Positions 39,116-48,821 are shown, counted from the stretch's first letter. The stretch is 64,000 bases of DNA from Candidatus Campbellbacteria bacterium (GCA_034521025.1 JAXHMZ010000005.1:197176-261175); one strand, 5' to 3'. Notes: generated by a model from the sequence alone, not told the origin. Made by a program: numbers and translations.

Positions 39116-39445
39116 ATGACACGATCACTTAAAAAAGGACCATATGTAGACGAAAAGCTCCTCAAGAAAATCGAGGGGAAGAAGCCGTCTGATGTCAAAG
39201 TAGTAAAAACTTGGGCTCGGAACTCTCAGATATCTCCGGAGATGGTAGGGTTTACATTTGGTGTACATAACGGGAAAGATCATATAGAAGTTCTCGTTAC
39301 GGAAGAAATGGTCGGTCATAGACTTGGCGAATTCGCTCCAACGCGCAAATTCTACAGGCACGGAGGTAAGATGCAGAAAGAGCTTGAAATAAAGAAACGC
39401 GAAGCCGAGATCGCGGCCGCCAAAGCGGCTAAAGCCACGGAGTAA
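39116..39445 (+). CDS. rpsS: 30S ribosomal protein S19
   Basis: '[12 protein letters not shown]' and '[13 protein letters not shown]' motifs. Confidence 0.9.
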   Translation: MTRSLKKGPYVDEKLLKKIEGKKPSDVKVVKTWARNSQISPEMVGFTFGVHNGKDHIEVLVTEEMVGHRLGEFAPTRKFYRHGGKMQKELEIKKREAEIAAAKAAKATE

Positions 39446-39459
39446 AGTAAGTTTGACTG

Positions 39460-39795
39460 ATGAATATGAAAGCAAATCTAAAAAACTACAGACAATCTCC
39501 CCGCAAAGTCAGACTTCTAGCTGATTTGATTCGTGGTAAGCGGGCGGACGAAGCGCAGAGAACGCTTGAGTTTACGCCCAAGCGAGCCAGTCAGACACTA
39601 AATAAATTGATAGATTCGGCAGTAGCTAACGCGCGCCACAATGATAATAAAAAGCCGGAAGATCTATATGTGAGCGAAGTTCGCGTAGACGAGGGTTTCA
39701 CTCTTAAAAGATTCCGTCCGCGAGCTAGGGGTCGGGCAACTCGGCTCAGAAAACGCACTTCGCACATATATCTAACGCTTGACGAGAAAAAATAG
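39460..39795 (+). CDS. rplV: 50S ribosomal protein L22
   Basis: Conserved L22 sequence. Confidence 0.9.
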   Translation: MNMKANLKNYRQSPRKVRLLADLIRGKRADEAQRTLEFTPKRASQTLNKLIDSAVANARHNDNKKPEDLYVSEVRVDEGFTLKRFRPRARGRATRLRKRTSHIYLTLDEKK

Positions 39796-39801
39796 AATTT
39801 T

Positions 39802-40476
39802 ATGACACACACTGTACACCCATACGCACATAGAATTGGAATTATCCGTGATTGGAAATCACGCTGGTTCGGTTCAAAGAAATCATATCCCGAGTATTTG
39901 CGCTCGGATGTGGTTATTCGTGAGCACCTTGAAAAAAAGTTGCGTGGGTTGTATGTTTCTTCAGTAGATATTGAGCGCAGTGAAAAAGTTCTTCGCGTAA
40001 TAGTAAAAACTTCACGCCCCGGTCTTATAATAGGCCGAAACGGAGAAGAGATACAAAAGCTAAAAACATCTTTAATAAAAGCTCTACGGAAAGCAGAATC
40101 TAATATTCCCGAAGAAGTACGAATTGATGTCGAAGAGATCAAATCTCCTGAGTCCGACGCCGGCATAGTAGCGGAGATGGTACGTGAAGGACTTGAGCGC
40201 CGTCTGCCGTTTCGACGTGTGTTGAAACAGACAGCAGATAAAGTAATGGCGAATCGAAACGTTCTGGGCGTTCGTATTCGCGTAGCCGGTCGTCTTGGCG
40301 GAGCTGACATGGCAAGAACTGAAGAAATAATGAAGGGTCGAGTTCCTCTTCAGACTTTTCGCTCAGACATTGATTTCACCGAGACTCGAGCCGGAATAGC
40401 CCAAGGAACGCTTGGTATTAAGGTCTGGATATATCGCGGTGAGGTATTTGAAGAAGATAAAGAGAGCTCACGATAA
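39802..40476 (+). CDS. rpsC: 30S ribosomal protein S3
   Basis: KH-domain region and conserved S3 C-terminus. Confidence 0.9.
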   Translation: MTHTVHPYAHRIGIIRDWKSRWFGSKKSYPEYLRSDVVIREHLEKKLRGLYVSSVDIERSEKVLRVIVKTSRPGLIIGRNGEEIQKLKTSLIKALRKAESNIPEEVRIDVEEIKSPESDAGIVAEMVREGLERRLPFRRVLKQTADKVMANRNVLGVRIRVAGRLGGADMARTEEIMKGRVPLQTFRSDIDFTETRAGIAQGTLGIKVWIYRGEVFEEDKESSR

Positions 40477-40487
40477 TTAATACGCTT

Positions 40488-40904
40488 ATGTTATTCCCTA
40501 AGAAAGTAAAGTTCAGAAAGTGGCAAAAACAGCGCAAGCACCCTGAGAAAACGGGAGTGGCTAGCCGTGGAATAGACATTGATTTTGGTTCTCACGGAAT
40601 GAAGTCGGTGGATTATGGGCGAATCCGATCTTTTCAAATAGAAGCGGCGCGAAAGATTATATCGCGAACTATCGGCAAAACAGGGCGTATGTGGATCCGT
40701 GTTTTTCCCGACCGACCCTATACCGAGAAACCACCCGAGGTAGGTATGGGTAAAGGTAAAGGCGATCCGCAGGGGTATGAATTCGAAGTTACTCCGGGGC
40801 GCGTTCTTTTCGAAGTAGACGGAGTTACCGAAGAAGTAGCGCGAGAAGCGCTTCGTAAAGGAGCAGCCAAATTACCGGTAGCTATAAAAATTGTTGCTCG
40901 CTAG
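40488..40904 (+). CDS. rplP: 50S ribosomal protein L16
   Basis: Conserved L16 sequence. Confidence 0.9.
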   Translation: MLFPKKVKFRKWQKQRKHPEKTGVASRGIDIDFGSHGMKSVDYGRIRSFQIEAARKIISRTIGKTGRMWIRVFPDRPYTEKPPEVGMGKGKGDPQGYEFEVTPGRVLFEVDGVTEEVAREALRKGAAKLPVAIKIVAR

Positions 40905-40908
40905 TATT

Positions 40909-41100
40909 ATGAAAATGAAAGAAATACAAAAAAAGAAAGACAACGATCTGAAAAAGCTTCTTTTAGAGAAGCGCGAGGAACTGCGGGAATACCGTTTTGG
41001 CGCGACCGGGAGCAAGGCCAGCAATACGAATCTTGGAAATCAGATAAAAAAGGATGTGGCTCGTATTCTAACGGAGATAAACGCCAGAGCTCAGAAATAA
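40909..41100 (+). CDS. rpmC: 50S ribosomal protein L29
   Basis: 'MKMKEIQKKKDNDLKKLLLEKREELREYRF' matches L29. ATG 40909 is just after the rplP stop. The ORF-track start at 40891 is non-ATG. Confidence 0.85.
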   Translation: MKMKEIQKKKDNDLKKLLLEKREELREYRFGATGSKASNTNLGNQIKKDVARILTEINARAQK

Positions 41101-41109
41101 ACTAAACGT

Positions 41110-41370
41110 ATGGAAAAGACAAAGGAACAAACAAATAAAAGAAACAAAACCACGCTAAAAGGCACGGTAGTTTCGGACAAAACGAAAGACACGGTAGTGG
41201 TTTTGGTTAATCGTTATGTAAAGCATCCAAAGTACAAAAAGTATATGAAGATAGGCAGGCGTATTAAAGCCGCGGACGTAGGTAATACGCGCTCGGTTGG
41301 AGATACTATCTTTATAGAAGAATGTGCTCCGATATCCAAAGATAAGCGTTTTAAGGTGATCGATAAGTAG
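41110..41370 (+). CDS. rpsQ: 30S ribosomal protein S17
   Basis: Conserved S17 sequence. Confidence 0.9.
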   Translation: MEKTKEQTNKRNKTTLKGTVVSDKTKDTVVVLVNRYVKHPKYKKYMKIGRRIKAADVGNTRSVGDTIFIEECAPISKDKRFKVIDK

Positions 41371-41395
41371 AAGTCACCTATTTAGCAAAAATATT

Positions 41396-41767
41396 ATGAT
41401 TCAGACTCAAACACTCGTAAAAATAACAGATAACTCAGGCGGAAAGATCGGCCGTGTGTTCAAGATACTCGGTGGGTCAAAGAAGCGATACGCACAGATA
41501 GGTGACGTTGTTGTTTTGTCGGTGCAGTCAGCGGAACCACGCAAGCAAGTCAAGAAAAAAGATGTTTTGCATGCCGTGGTTGTAAGACAAGCCAAACCAA
41601 TGCGACGTGATGATGGATCATATATTCGCTTCGATGAAAACGCGGTGGTGGCAATCGAGAAAGGCGGCAAGGAGCCTCGCGCTGGACGTGTCTTTGGGCC
41701 TATTCCACGCGAGATATCCGAAAAAGGATTTCAGCGTATCGCTTCGCTTGCCCCAGAAGTACTCTAG
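41396..41767 (+). CDS. rplN: 50S ribosomal protein L14
   Basis: 'MIQTQTLVKITDNSGGK' matches L14. Confidence 0.9.
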   Translation: MIQTQTLVKITDNSGGKIGRVFKILGGSKKRYAQIGDVVVLSVQSAEPRKQVKKKDVLHAVVVRQAKPMRRDDGSYIRFDENAVVAIEKGGKEPRAGRVFGPIPREISEKGFQRIASLAPEVL

Positions 41768-41784
41768 TGATAAACTCATCCTCT

Positions 41785-42096
41785 ATGAAGATCAAGAAAA
41801 ACGACAACGTTACAGTGGTTTCAGGAAAAGATAAAGGAGTAACCGGAAAAGTTACAGAGGCTTTTCCTCGTCGAAACAAAGTTGTCGTTGAAAGTGTAAA
41901 CGTGGTGAAGCGTCACGCTAAGTCGAGCAAAAAAGGGGAAAGTGGGGAGATAATTGAGAAATCTCTACCGATCGACGTTTCCAACGTAATGCTACTCGAT
42001 CCAAAAGAAAACAAACCGACAAGAATAGGCTACTCTACGAACAAGGAGGGCAAAAAGGTCCGCGTGGCGAAAAAGAGCGGCCAGAACATAGACTAA
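41785..42096 (+). CDS. rplX: 50S ribosomal protein L24
   Basis: 'MKIKKNDNVTVVSGKDKG' KOW motif. The ORF-track start at 41767 is GTG overlapping the rplN stop; the ATG at 41785 is more plausible. Confidence 0.85.
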   Translation: MKIKKNDNVTVVSGKDKGVTGKVTEAFPRRNKVVVESVNVVKRHAKSSKKGESGEIIEKSLPIDVSNVMLLDPKENKPTRIGYSTNKEGKKVRVAKKSGQNID

Positions 42097-42106
42097 TTTA
42101 GATATT

Positions 42107-42664
42107 ATGACAACGACTTTAAGAGAAAAACAAAGCAAGGCATTTGAGGAGTTGAAAGGTGATCTTGGATACGAAAACAAGATGCAGGCTCCGCGTATTG
42201 AAAAGATAGTTATATCAAGCGGTATCGGTAAAGTGGACGATAAGAACAAAATTGAACTTATCGAGGATCGGTTGGCTCGTATTACCGGCCAAAAACCCGC
42301 TCCACGCCAGGCGAAAAAATCCATTGCTAGCTTTAAAGTACGTGAAGGCGACAAGGTTGGCTATCAGGTCACTCTGCGCGGACCCGAGAAGGAGGCGTTT
42401 TTTGACAAGCTGATAAATGTCGCCATTCCGCGTATGCGCGACTTTCGTGGGCTGTCTCGCGAATCGGTAGACGAAATGGGTAATTATACTGTCGGAGTCA
42501 GGGAGCACACTATTTTTCCCGAGACGTCAGATGAAGAGCTGCGCAATGTGTTTGGTTTTTCAGTTACTATCGTGACAACCGCAAAGAGCGGCGAAGAAGC
42601 TTTGAGGTATTTAGAGTACCTAGGTTTGCCGATAAAAAAAGAGGAAACCGAAACTGAACAATAA
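42107..42664 (+). CDS. rplE: 50S ribosomal protein L5
   Basis: Conserved L5 sequence. Confidence 0.9.
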   Translation: MTTTLREKQSKAFEELKGDLGYENKMQAPRIEKIVISSGIGKVDDKNKIELIEDRLARITGQKPAPRQAKKSIASFKVREGDKVGYQVTLRGPEKEAFFDKLINVAIPRMRDFRGLSRESVDEMGNYTVGVREHTIFPETSDEELRNVFGFSVTIVTTAKSGEEALRYLEYLGLPIKKEETETEQ

Positions 42665-42692
42665 AACAACGCAAAACGGCCTAAAATAAGGG

Positions 42693-42731
42693 AAATAAAT
42701 GCTTCAATCTATAGATTGAAGCATTTATTTT
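42693..42731. repeat. 39-bp perfect palindrome (copy 2 of 2), likely a bidirectional terminator after rplE
   Basis: Identical to 7407..7445. Confidence 0.8.
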
Positions 42732-42793
42732 GTCATTATTACTTAACTCAATTGTTAACAATCGAAGCATATGGTTGTGATACAATTTAGCCC

Positions 42794-42976
42794 ATGGAAG
42801 GCAAAGAATCATTTCCGCAAAATCCAGAAGGTGAGAGCGAAGAGAGTTCTCCGGAAAGCGGTCCGGAGGCTATCGAGGGTGATAAAACAGAGAGCGGAGA
42901 AGTTCCAGAATTTGACCCAGAGAGAGTCGATACAGATAAATTAAGGGAAGCGATCAGAAGAGCAAAAAATAGTTAA
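42794..42976 (+). CDS. Hypothetical small acidic protein (60 aa)
   Basis: ORF only; E/S/P-rich. Confidence 0.35.
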   Translation: MEGKESFPQNPEGESEESSPESGPEAIEGDKTESGEVPEFDPERVDTDKLREAIRRAKNS

Positions 42977-43043
42977 TAGCGAACTTAAGGGCTTTTTGAG
43001 AGCATAAGTTCGATTGATCTATAACTAAGAAAGTTTATATAAA

Positions 43044-43448
43044 ATGGAAAATTTTAACGATCAACTCGAAGACAACGAAGAAGATCTAAGGCAAGCTAGC
43101 GTAAATAAAACCCCGGAAGAGGTGAGAGAGCGAATGAGAGAACTCTCAGAAGAGATCAAGGATGAAAATAGCGAAAGAGAAGGAGATATGAATGCGGATG
43201 AATTGAGACAAAGACAAGAAGAAGCGGGGGACACAACCGGGGACGAAGACTTTGGTAAACCAGCTGGGGTTAATATGACTCCCGAGGAGGTTAGAAAAAA
43301 ACAGGAAGAAGAGGAAAGTAAACTCTCCCAAGCTAAAGGTAGATTGGTGGACGCCGCGGTTGAAAAAAGCCCCGAAGAGCTTAGGCGAGACGCGGCCGAG
43401 GGAGGAGACGAAGAAGACGGTGACGAAGAGATGAAAAAAGCCGCTTAA
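43044..43448 (+). CDS. Hypothetical acidic protein with triple '(T/S)PEE(V/L)R' repeats
   Basis: ORF only. Internal repeats 'TPEEVRERMRE', 'TPEEVRKKQEE' and 'SPEELRRDAAE'. Confidence 0.4.
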   Translation: MENFNDQLEDNEEDLRQASVNKTPEEVRERMRELSEEIKDENSEREGDMNADELRQRQEEAGDTTGDEDFGKPAGVNMTPEEVRKKQEEEESKLSQAKGRLVDAAVEKSPEELRRDAAEGGDEEDGDEEMKKAA

Positions 43449-43613
43449 TAAAGCATTTTGCGCAGGTACATAAACATCGCAAGGGGTCAAAAAGGCATTT
43501 GACAATAATCTACTATCTTGCTAATCTTCTGTGGTAAAGCTCACGGGCTTTTTACTTTTGTCTTTATAACAAGACTTATATTTGTTAGTAATTATTTATT
43601 TGCAAGTTAATTT

Positions 43614-43799
43614 ATGGCTAAAAAGTCAGTAATCGCACGAAGCCAAAAGAAGCCGAAACACTCGACGCGCGTAGTGCGGCGTTGTTTTAAGTGCGGTCGC
43701 AAGCGCGGCTATATGCGAGATTTTGACCTTTGCCGTATCTGCTTTAGAGAACTTGCAAATGAAGGGAAAATTCCCGGAGTTAGAAAATCGTCATGGTAA
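43614..43799 (+). CDS. rpsN: 30S ribosomal protein S14 (type Z, zinc-binding)
   Basis: 61 aa with 'CFKCGR...CRICFRE' Cys pairs. Confidence 0.9.
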   Translation: MAKKSVIARSQKKPKHSTRVVRRCFKCGRKRGYMRDFDLCRICFRELANEGKIPGVRKSSW

Positions 43800-44188
43800 C
43801 AGACCCTATTGGAGACTTTTTAACGCGTATTGAGAACGCAGGAAACGCCCGTCAGAATACGACAACGGTGCCGTTTTCGTCGCTGAAAGAAAATATAGCC
43901 AAAGTTCTTGAGCGCGAAGGATACATTGCAAGTGTTGAAACGTCAGGTAAGAACACCTCAAAGACTCTCGAGGTTGGGATCAAGTATAGTGCCGACAAAA
44001 CACCTCGAGTGAATAAAACCGAACGAGTGTCCAAGCCGTCACGCAGAATGTATACTTCTTATGAAGATATAAAGCCGTTCAAATTCGGGAAAGGCAATAC
44101 GATCCTTTCAACCCCCAAAGGCATCCTTACTGATATGGAGGCCAAAAAACAAGAAGTGGGAGGAGAGATACTTTTTTCAATCTGGTAA
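43793..44188 (+). CDS. rpsH: 30S ribosomal protein S8
   Basis: Conserved S8 sequence. Confidence 0.9.
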   Translation: MVTDPIGDFLTRIENAGNARQNTTTVPFSSLKENIAKVLEREGYIASVETSGKNTSKTLEVGIKYSADKTPRVNKTERVSKPSRRMYTSYEDIKPFKFGKGNTILSTPKGILTDMEAKKQEVGGEILFSIW

Positions 44189-44197
44189 GAGAAATAT

Positions 44198-44731
44198 ATG
44201 TCACGAGTAGGAAAACAAGAATTAAAAATACCTAATGGTACGACCGTCGAACTAAACGGCGATACTGTTGTTGTTAAGGGGCCAAAGGGAACTTTGGAGA
44301 GGACTCTGAATCCCAAGGTAAACGTTTCGGTAGAAGATGGTGAGGTTAAAGTTACTCCTGTCGATGACGAACTTCCTACTCAAGCGCTGTGGGGTACTTT
44401 TGCCTCGCACATAAAAAATATGATAGACGGGGTAAACGATCCCTTTGAGAAGAAACTAGAAGTAGAGGGCGTGGGATATCGAGCGGAAATGCAAGGTAGC
44501 GACTTGGTTTTGAATGTCGGGTATTCGCATCCTATAAAGATGCCGATACCGGAAGGCGTTGAGGTTTCAGTTGAAAAAAATGTCATTTCGGTATCTGGTC
44601 CCAACAAAGAGACTGTCGGACAATTCGCCTCCTCGATCCGGTCTATGAGGAAGCCGGAGCCGTACAAAGGCAAAGGAATTCATTATGAAGATGAGTATGT
44701 CCGCCGTAAGCAAGGTAAGAAATCTGTATAA
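44198..44731 (+). CDS. rplF: 50S ribosomal protein L6
   Basis: Conserved L6 sequence. Confidence 0.9.
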   Translation: MSRVGKQELKIPNGTTVELNGDTVVVKGPKGTLERTLNPKVNVSVEDGEVKVTPVDDELPTQALWGTFASHIKNMIDGVNDPFEKKLEVEGVGYRAEMQGSDLVLNVGYSHPIKMPIPEGVEVSVEKNVISVSGPNKETVGQFASSIRSMRKPEPYKGKGIHYEDEYVRRKQGKKSV

Positions 44732-44736
44732 CCTTT

Positions 44737-45081
44737 ATGACCACTCTTAGAAACAAAAAAAGACTCAACCGACATAATCGCATTCGTGCGAGAATAATGG
44801 GAACTGCCGAGCGTCCTCGCCTTGCTGTTTTTCGTTCAAATAAACAGTTCTACGCGCAGCTTGTTGATGATGAGGCGGGAGAAACACTTATCGGAGTAAC
44901 CTCCCTTAATATCAAGAACAAATCTTCCAAAGAAAAAGCACAGGATGTGGCAAAAGAGATAGCGAAAAAGGCGAAGGAAAAAGGTATAGAGAAAGTAGTT
45001 TTTGATCGCGGTGGTTTTCTTTACACCGGTAACATTAAGCTTTTCGCTGATACCGCTCGGGAAGCAGGGTTAATTTTTTAG
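44737..45081 (+). CDS. rplR: 50S ribosomal protein L18
   Basis: Conserved L18 sequence. Confidence 0.9.
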   Translation: MTTLRNKKRLNRHNRIRARIMGTAERPRLAVFRSNKQFYAQLVDDEAGETLIGVTSLNIKNKSSKEKAQDVAKEIAKKAKEKGIEKVVFDRGGFLYTGNIKLFADTAREAGLIF

Positions 45082-45086
45082 ATTTT

Positions 45087-45827
45087 ATGCAGATGACTAC
45101 GGACAAAACAAAAGAAGATATGACTGAAAAAACCAATTCGCCAAAGCCAAAGAGTGAAGGTAAAGAAGGCTCAGAACGAACTAGCTCTCAGAGCTATAAT
45201 AAAGATAGCGCGCGAGTGTCGCGATACGGAGATCCGAGCAAGCGCCAATCAAAAGAAGGGGCAGAAAACCGCAGAGGTGGAGGCAGAAAACAAGGAAAGC
45301 GTTTTAATAAAAAAGGAGATCGTCCTCGTCCTGAATTTGATCAGAAAATTGTTTCAATTCGTCGAGTTACGCGTGTAGTAGCAGGAGGTAGGCGTTTTAG
45401 CTTTTCTGTTTCACTGGTAGCAGGTGATAGAAAAGGATCGGTTGGAGTCGGTATCGGCAAGGCATCTGATACTGCTCTCGCCATCGAAAAAGCATTTCGT
45501 GACGCCAAAAGTTCAATGGTTAAGATAAAACGAACAGAAGAAGGTTCTATTCCTCATGACGTGGAAGCAAGGTATACTTCTTCGCACGTTCTACTGCGTC
45601 CTTCTAAGGGCAAGGGACTCGTCGCGGGTAGCTCAGTCAGGACCGTTCTAGATTTTGCCGGTATCAAAGACGTATCAGGAAAACTTATTTCACGTAGTAA
45701 GAACAAACTGAACAACGCACGGGCTACCGTTAAAGCTTTGGAGAAGTTTGGGGTTGTTGAAAGACAGGAAAAGCCCGCTTCCTCAGAGGAGAGTGAGAAT
45801 AAAGAGGAGACGCAAAGTAGATCTTAA
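45087..45827 (+). CDS. rpsE: 30S ribosomal protein S5 (with ~75-aa N-terminal and C-terminal low-complexity extensions)
   Basis: S5 core 'IVSIRRVTRVVAGGRRFSFSVSLVAGD...GVGIGKA'. Confidence 0.9.
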   Translation: MQMTTDKTKEDMTEKTNSPKPKSEGKEGSERTSSQSYNKDSARVSRYGDPSKRQSKEGAENRRGGGRKQGKRFNKKGDRPRPEFDQKIVSIRRVTRVVAGGRRFSFSVSLVAGDRKGSVGVGIGKASDTALAIEKAFRDAKSSMVKIKRTEEGSIPHDVEARYTSSHVLLRPSKGKGLVAGSSVRTVLDFAGIKDVSGKLISRSKNKLNNARATVKALEKFGVVERQEKPASSEESENKEETQSRS

Positions 45828-45838
45828 TATTAAAAATT

Positions 45839-46270
45839 ATGCAGATAAATTCACTAGAGAGAAAACATCCGAATAAAACGTCACGACAGTTGGGACGTGG
45901 AGGCAAGCGTGGCAAGACTTCCGGGCGTGGTCACAAAGGTCAAAAGGCGCGCGCGGGGCACCGTATTCGTCCTGAAATACGCGACGAGATCAAGAGTATG
46001 CCAAAATTGCGCGGTTATAGGTTCTCTAGCTTCACAGCAAAACCAATACCCGTGAATTTGGCTCTTCTAGAAAAGCACTACAAGGAGGGTGAGGCAGTTA
46101 CGGTAGTTTCTTTAATGGAAAAAGGTCTTGTTAAAAAACAAGGAGGCAAAGCGCCGGCCGTAAAAATTCTTGGCAATGGCGATATTACCAAAAAATTAAA
46201 TGTAGAAGGTATCGAAGTATCGACTACAGCTAGAGAAAAAATAGAAAAAGCCGGAGGTAAGATCTCATAG
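45839..46270 (+). CDS. rplO: 50S ribosomal protein L15 (no L30 gene between S5 and L15)
   Basis: 'GRGGKRGKTSGRGHKGQKAR' matches L15. Confidence 0.9.
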   Translation: MQINSLERKHPNKTSRQLGRGGKRGKTSGRGHKGQKARAGHRIRPEIRDEIKSMPKLRGYRFSSFTAKPIPVNLALLEKHYKEGEAVTVVSLMEKGLVKKQGGKAPAVKILGNGDITKKLNVEGIEVSTTAREKIEKAGGKIS

Positions 46271-46273
46271 AGT

Positions 46274-47545
46274 ATGAACTTTTTTGTTACATTCCAGAAA
46301 GCGTTTAAAGATCCGCAAATAAAAAAGCGAATATTTTTCGTATTATTTGCTCTTTTTATATTTCGGGTTTTAGCCGCTATACCGATTCCGGCTATCGATC
46401 AGGCGGAACTTTCTACTCTTTTGTCCGGTAACCAATTCTTAGGTTTGCTCAACCTGTTTTCAGGTGGCGGACTTTCATCGCTTTCGATCGTTATGCTCGG
46501 AGTTGGTCCTTTCATTACCGCCTCTATTGGTATGCAGCTTCTAACGACCGTTATTCCCCAGCTTAAAACGATGTACCACGAAGAGGGGGACGCGGGACGT
46601 CGCAAGTTTTCCCAGATCTCTCGTATGATCACGGTTCCACTAGCTCTTTTCCAGGCTTTTGGATTTCTGATCTTTCTTCAACAACAAGGTATTCTTAGCG
46701 GGCTTTCGATCCCGGAGCTTGTTACGAACGCAGTCATAGTGGCCACCGGCTCGGTGCTTATTATGTGGGTCGGAGAGCTTATCTCAGAATTTGGAATAGG
46801 TAATGGAGTATCAATGATAATTTTTGCCGGTATTGTTGCCGGTTTGCCGTCCACGGTTCAACAGTTGGCTTTCACTTACACTCCGGCCGATCTTCCAATT
46901 TACATCGCTTTCGCGTTTGCGGCGATTGCTATCGTATCTGGAGTTGTGGCGATCTCTGAGGCGGAGCGTCCGATCCCGATCACTAATTCTAAACAAGCAC
47001 GAGGGGGCGCGCGCAGTGCCGGTCAAATTTCTACCTACCTACCATTAAAGGTAAATCAGGCCGGAGTTATGCCCATAATCTTTGCTTTGGCGATACTTTT
47101 GTTCCCGCAGTTCGTGTTCGGCTTTCTCTCCGGCCTTGATAACGCGGCGCTCGCATCTTTTGGTGATCAAGCTACGCAATTATTCCAAAACGCTATATTC
47201 TACTCGTTGTTTTACTTTGGTTTGGTATTCTTTTTCACTTACTTCTATACGGCTATTACGTTCGACCCTGAATCTATAGCGGAGAATCTGCAGAAGAGCG
47301 GTTCATATGTTCCTGGAGTGCGTCCAGGCACAGCCACCGAAAAATATATCGGCTCGGTTTTGACAAGAATTACTTTTGTCGGCGCGACCTTCTTGGGCGT
47401 TATAGCCGTACTGCCTCTCATTATGCAGGGGATCACAGGTAATCCGAATCTGGCCATCGGCGGTACCGCGCTCCTGATCGTTGTCTCGGTAGTTTTGGAC
47501 TTCATCAAAAAAGTGGATGCGCAGGTCTCAATGCGCGAATATTAA
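46274..47545 (+). CDS. secY: Preprotein translocase subunit SecY
   Basis: 10-TM protein with a conserved SecY N-terminus. Confidence 0.9.
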   Translation: MNFFVTFQKAFKDPQIKKRIFFVLFALFIFRVLAAIPIPAIDQAELSTLLSGNQFLGLLNLFSGGGLSSLSIVMLGVGPFITASIGMQLLTTVIPQLKTMYHEEGDAGRRKFSQISRMITVPLALFQAFGFLIFLQQQGILSGLSIPELVTNAVIVATGSVLIMWVGELISEFGIGNGVSMIIFAGIVAGLPSTVQQLAFTYTPADLPIYIAFAFAAIAIVSGVVAISEAERPIPITNSKQARGGARSAGQISTYLPLKVNQAGVMPIIFALAILLFPQFVFGFLSGLDNAALASFGDQATQLFQNAIFYSLFYFGLVFFFTYFYTAITFDPESIAENLQKSGSYVPGVRPGTATEKYIGSVLTRITFVGATFLGVIAVLPLIMQGITGNPNLAIGGTALLIVVSVVLDFIKKVDAQVSMREY

Positions 47546-47549
47546 AAAC

Positions 47550-47575
47550 AAAACGTGCCACGGCACGTTTTTTTG
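47550..47575 (+). terminator. Intrinsic terminator after secY
   Basis: Stem aacgtgcc / ggcacgtt followed by TTTTTTT. Confidence 0.6.
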
Positions 47576-47590
47576 TATACTATAGACACA

Positions 47591-48190
47591 ATGGAAGGGA
47601 CATTCATTCTCATCATGGGGCCATCCGGAAGCGGTAAGGGTACTTTGCTTTCGCATATACGCAAGCGTTTCTCCGAAGAAGCTGAGGTGGTTTTCCCGGT
47701 TTCGTGTACTACGCGCGCTATCCGACCGGGCGAGAAAGATGGCGAGACTTACTATTTTATATCTCGAGAGGAATTTAACGAAAGGATCAATAACGATGAG
47801 TTTTTGGAGTGGGCTGAATATGGAGGCAATCTTTACGGAACTCTTAAATCGGAAATAATGTCACCTTTAAAAGACGACCTTGTGGTGGTCAGAGAGGTTG
47901 AAGTTCAAGGAGTTCGTTCGATACTGTCGATCTTTCCGCGCCCTAACCTTCATTTGGTATATGTTGACGCGGGAGAATGGAGTGATTTTGAAAAAAGAAT
48001 AAAGTCACGCGCACCCATTGAGGATAAAGAATTGAAAGAAAGACAAGAGCGTTATAAGGATGAATTGTCCTTTAGAGAAAAAGCGGACGAAGTTATCTCT
48101 AATAGAGATGGAGAACTTGGTGAGGCAAAGAAAAGAATGGAGAAAATAGTTTCTTCTAAATTGAGCGATAGAGTTCAACGAGAAAGTTGA
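47591..48190 (+). CDS. gmk: Guanylate kinase
   Basis: 'GPSGSGKGTL', 'CTTR..RPGE.DG..YYF' and 'EWAEYGGNLYGT' motifs. The ATG at 47591 follows a TATACT -10 box; the 47555 start would overlap the terminator. Confidence 0.8.
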   Translation: MEGTFILIMGPSGSGKGTLLSHIRKRFSEEAEVVFPVSCTTRAIRPGEKDGETYYFISREEFNERINNDEFLEWAEYGGNLYGTLKSEIMSPLKDDLVVVREVEVQGVRSILSIFPRPNLHLVYVDAGEWSDFEKRIKSRAPIEDKELKERQERYKDELSFREKADEVISNRDGELGEAKKRMEKIVSSKLSDRVQRES

Positions 48191-48225
48191 ATTGAATAAC
48201 GCGATCAGATAGACTGTCTACTAGT

Positions 48226-48819
48226 ATGAATCAACACACTATAATATTTATCGGAAGCCAAGGGAGCGGAAAGGGTACTCAAGCCCAGCGCCTAACAGAA
48301 TATTTGGAAGTAGAATATCCGGAAGTGCCGGTATTTCTTTTTGGTACGGGAGAAGGATTTCGGAATTTTGCGAAAGAAGAAGGTTATACGAACAAAATCG
48401 TTGCTGACTATCTTTCGCGGGGAGAGATATTGCCGGTCTTTTTGCCGATTTGGTTATGGACAAAGATGTGTATAGAGAACTTAAAGGGCAACGAGCATAT
48501 AGTTTTTGAGGGTTCTCCGCGCACGAAATTGGAGGCGCAAGTAATGGAAAGCGCGTTTGATTTTTATGCCCGAGATTCGGTAACTGTGATAAAGCTTGAG
48601 GTTTCCAAAGAAGAGGTGGTCAGGCGGCTCTTGGAGCGCGGACGCTCAGATGATACAAGAGAAGCTATTGAAGAGCGTCTTAGTTGGTACGAGGAAAATG
48701 TAAATCCCGCGCTTGAATTTTTTGCAGAAAATTCTCGTTATGATCTTGTTTCTATAGACGGTGAAAAAACGCCTGATGAAGTATTTGAAAGTATTTTAGA
48801 AAAAACTAACTTGAGTTAA
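48226..48819 (+). CDS. adk: Adenylate kinase, short (LID-less) type, paralog 1
   Basis: 'GSQGSGKGTQA' P-loop and 'EGSPRT' NMP-binding motif; 197 aa. Confidence 0.75.
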   Translation: MNQHTIIFIGSQGSGKGTQAQRLTEYLEVEYPEVPVFLFGTGEGFRNFAKEEGYTNKIVADYLSRGEILPVFLPIWLWTKMCIENLKGNEHIVFEGSPRTKLEAQVMESAFDFYARDSVTVIKLEVSKEEVVRRLLERGRSDDTREAIEERLSWYEENVNPALEFFAENSRYDLVSIDGEKTPDEVFESILEKTNLS

Positions 48820-48821
48820 TT

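Noticed and set aside
39591-40310. 239-aa minus-strand ORF across rplV/rpsC
   Set aside because: Antisense to ribosomal protein genes. Arg/Ser-rich artefact.
47555-47590. Upstream extension of gmk (ORF-track start at 47555)
   Set aside because: Would be translated through the secY terminator hairpin. The ATG at 47591 after the TATACT box is preferred. The upstream extensions of the 55289 gene (ORF-track start 55238) and prfB (ORF-track start 55644) were rejected for the same reason.
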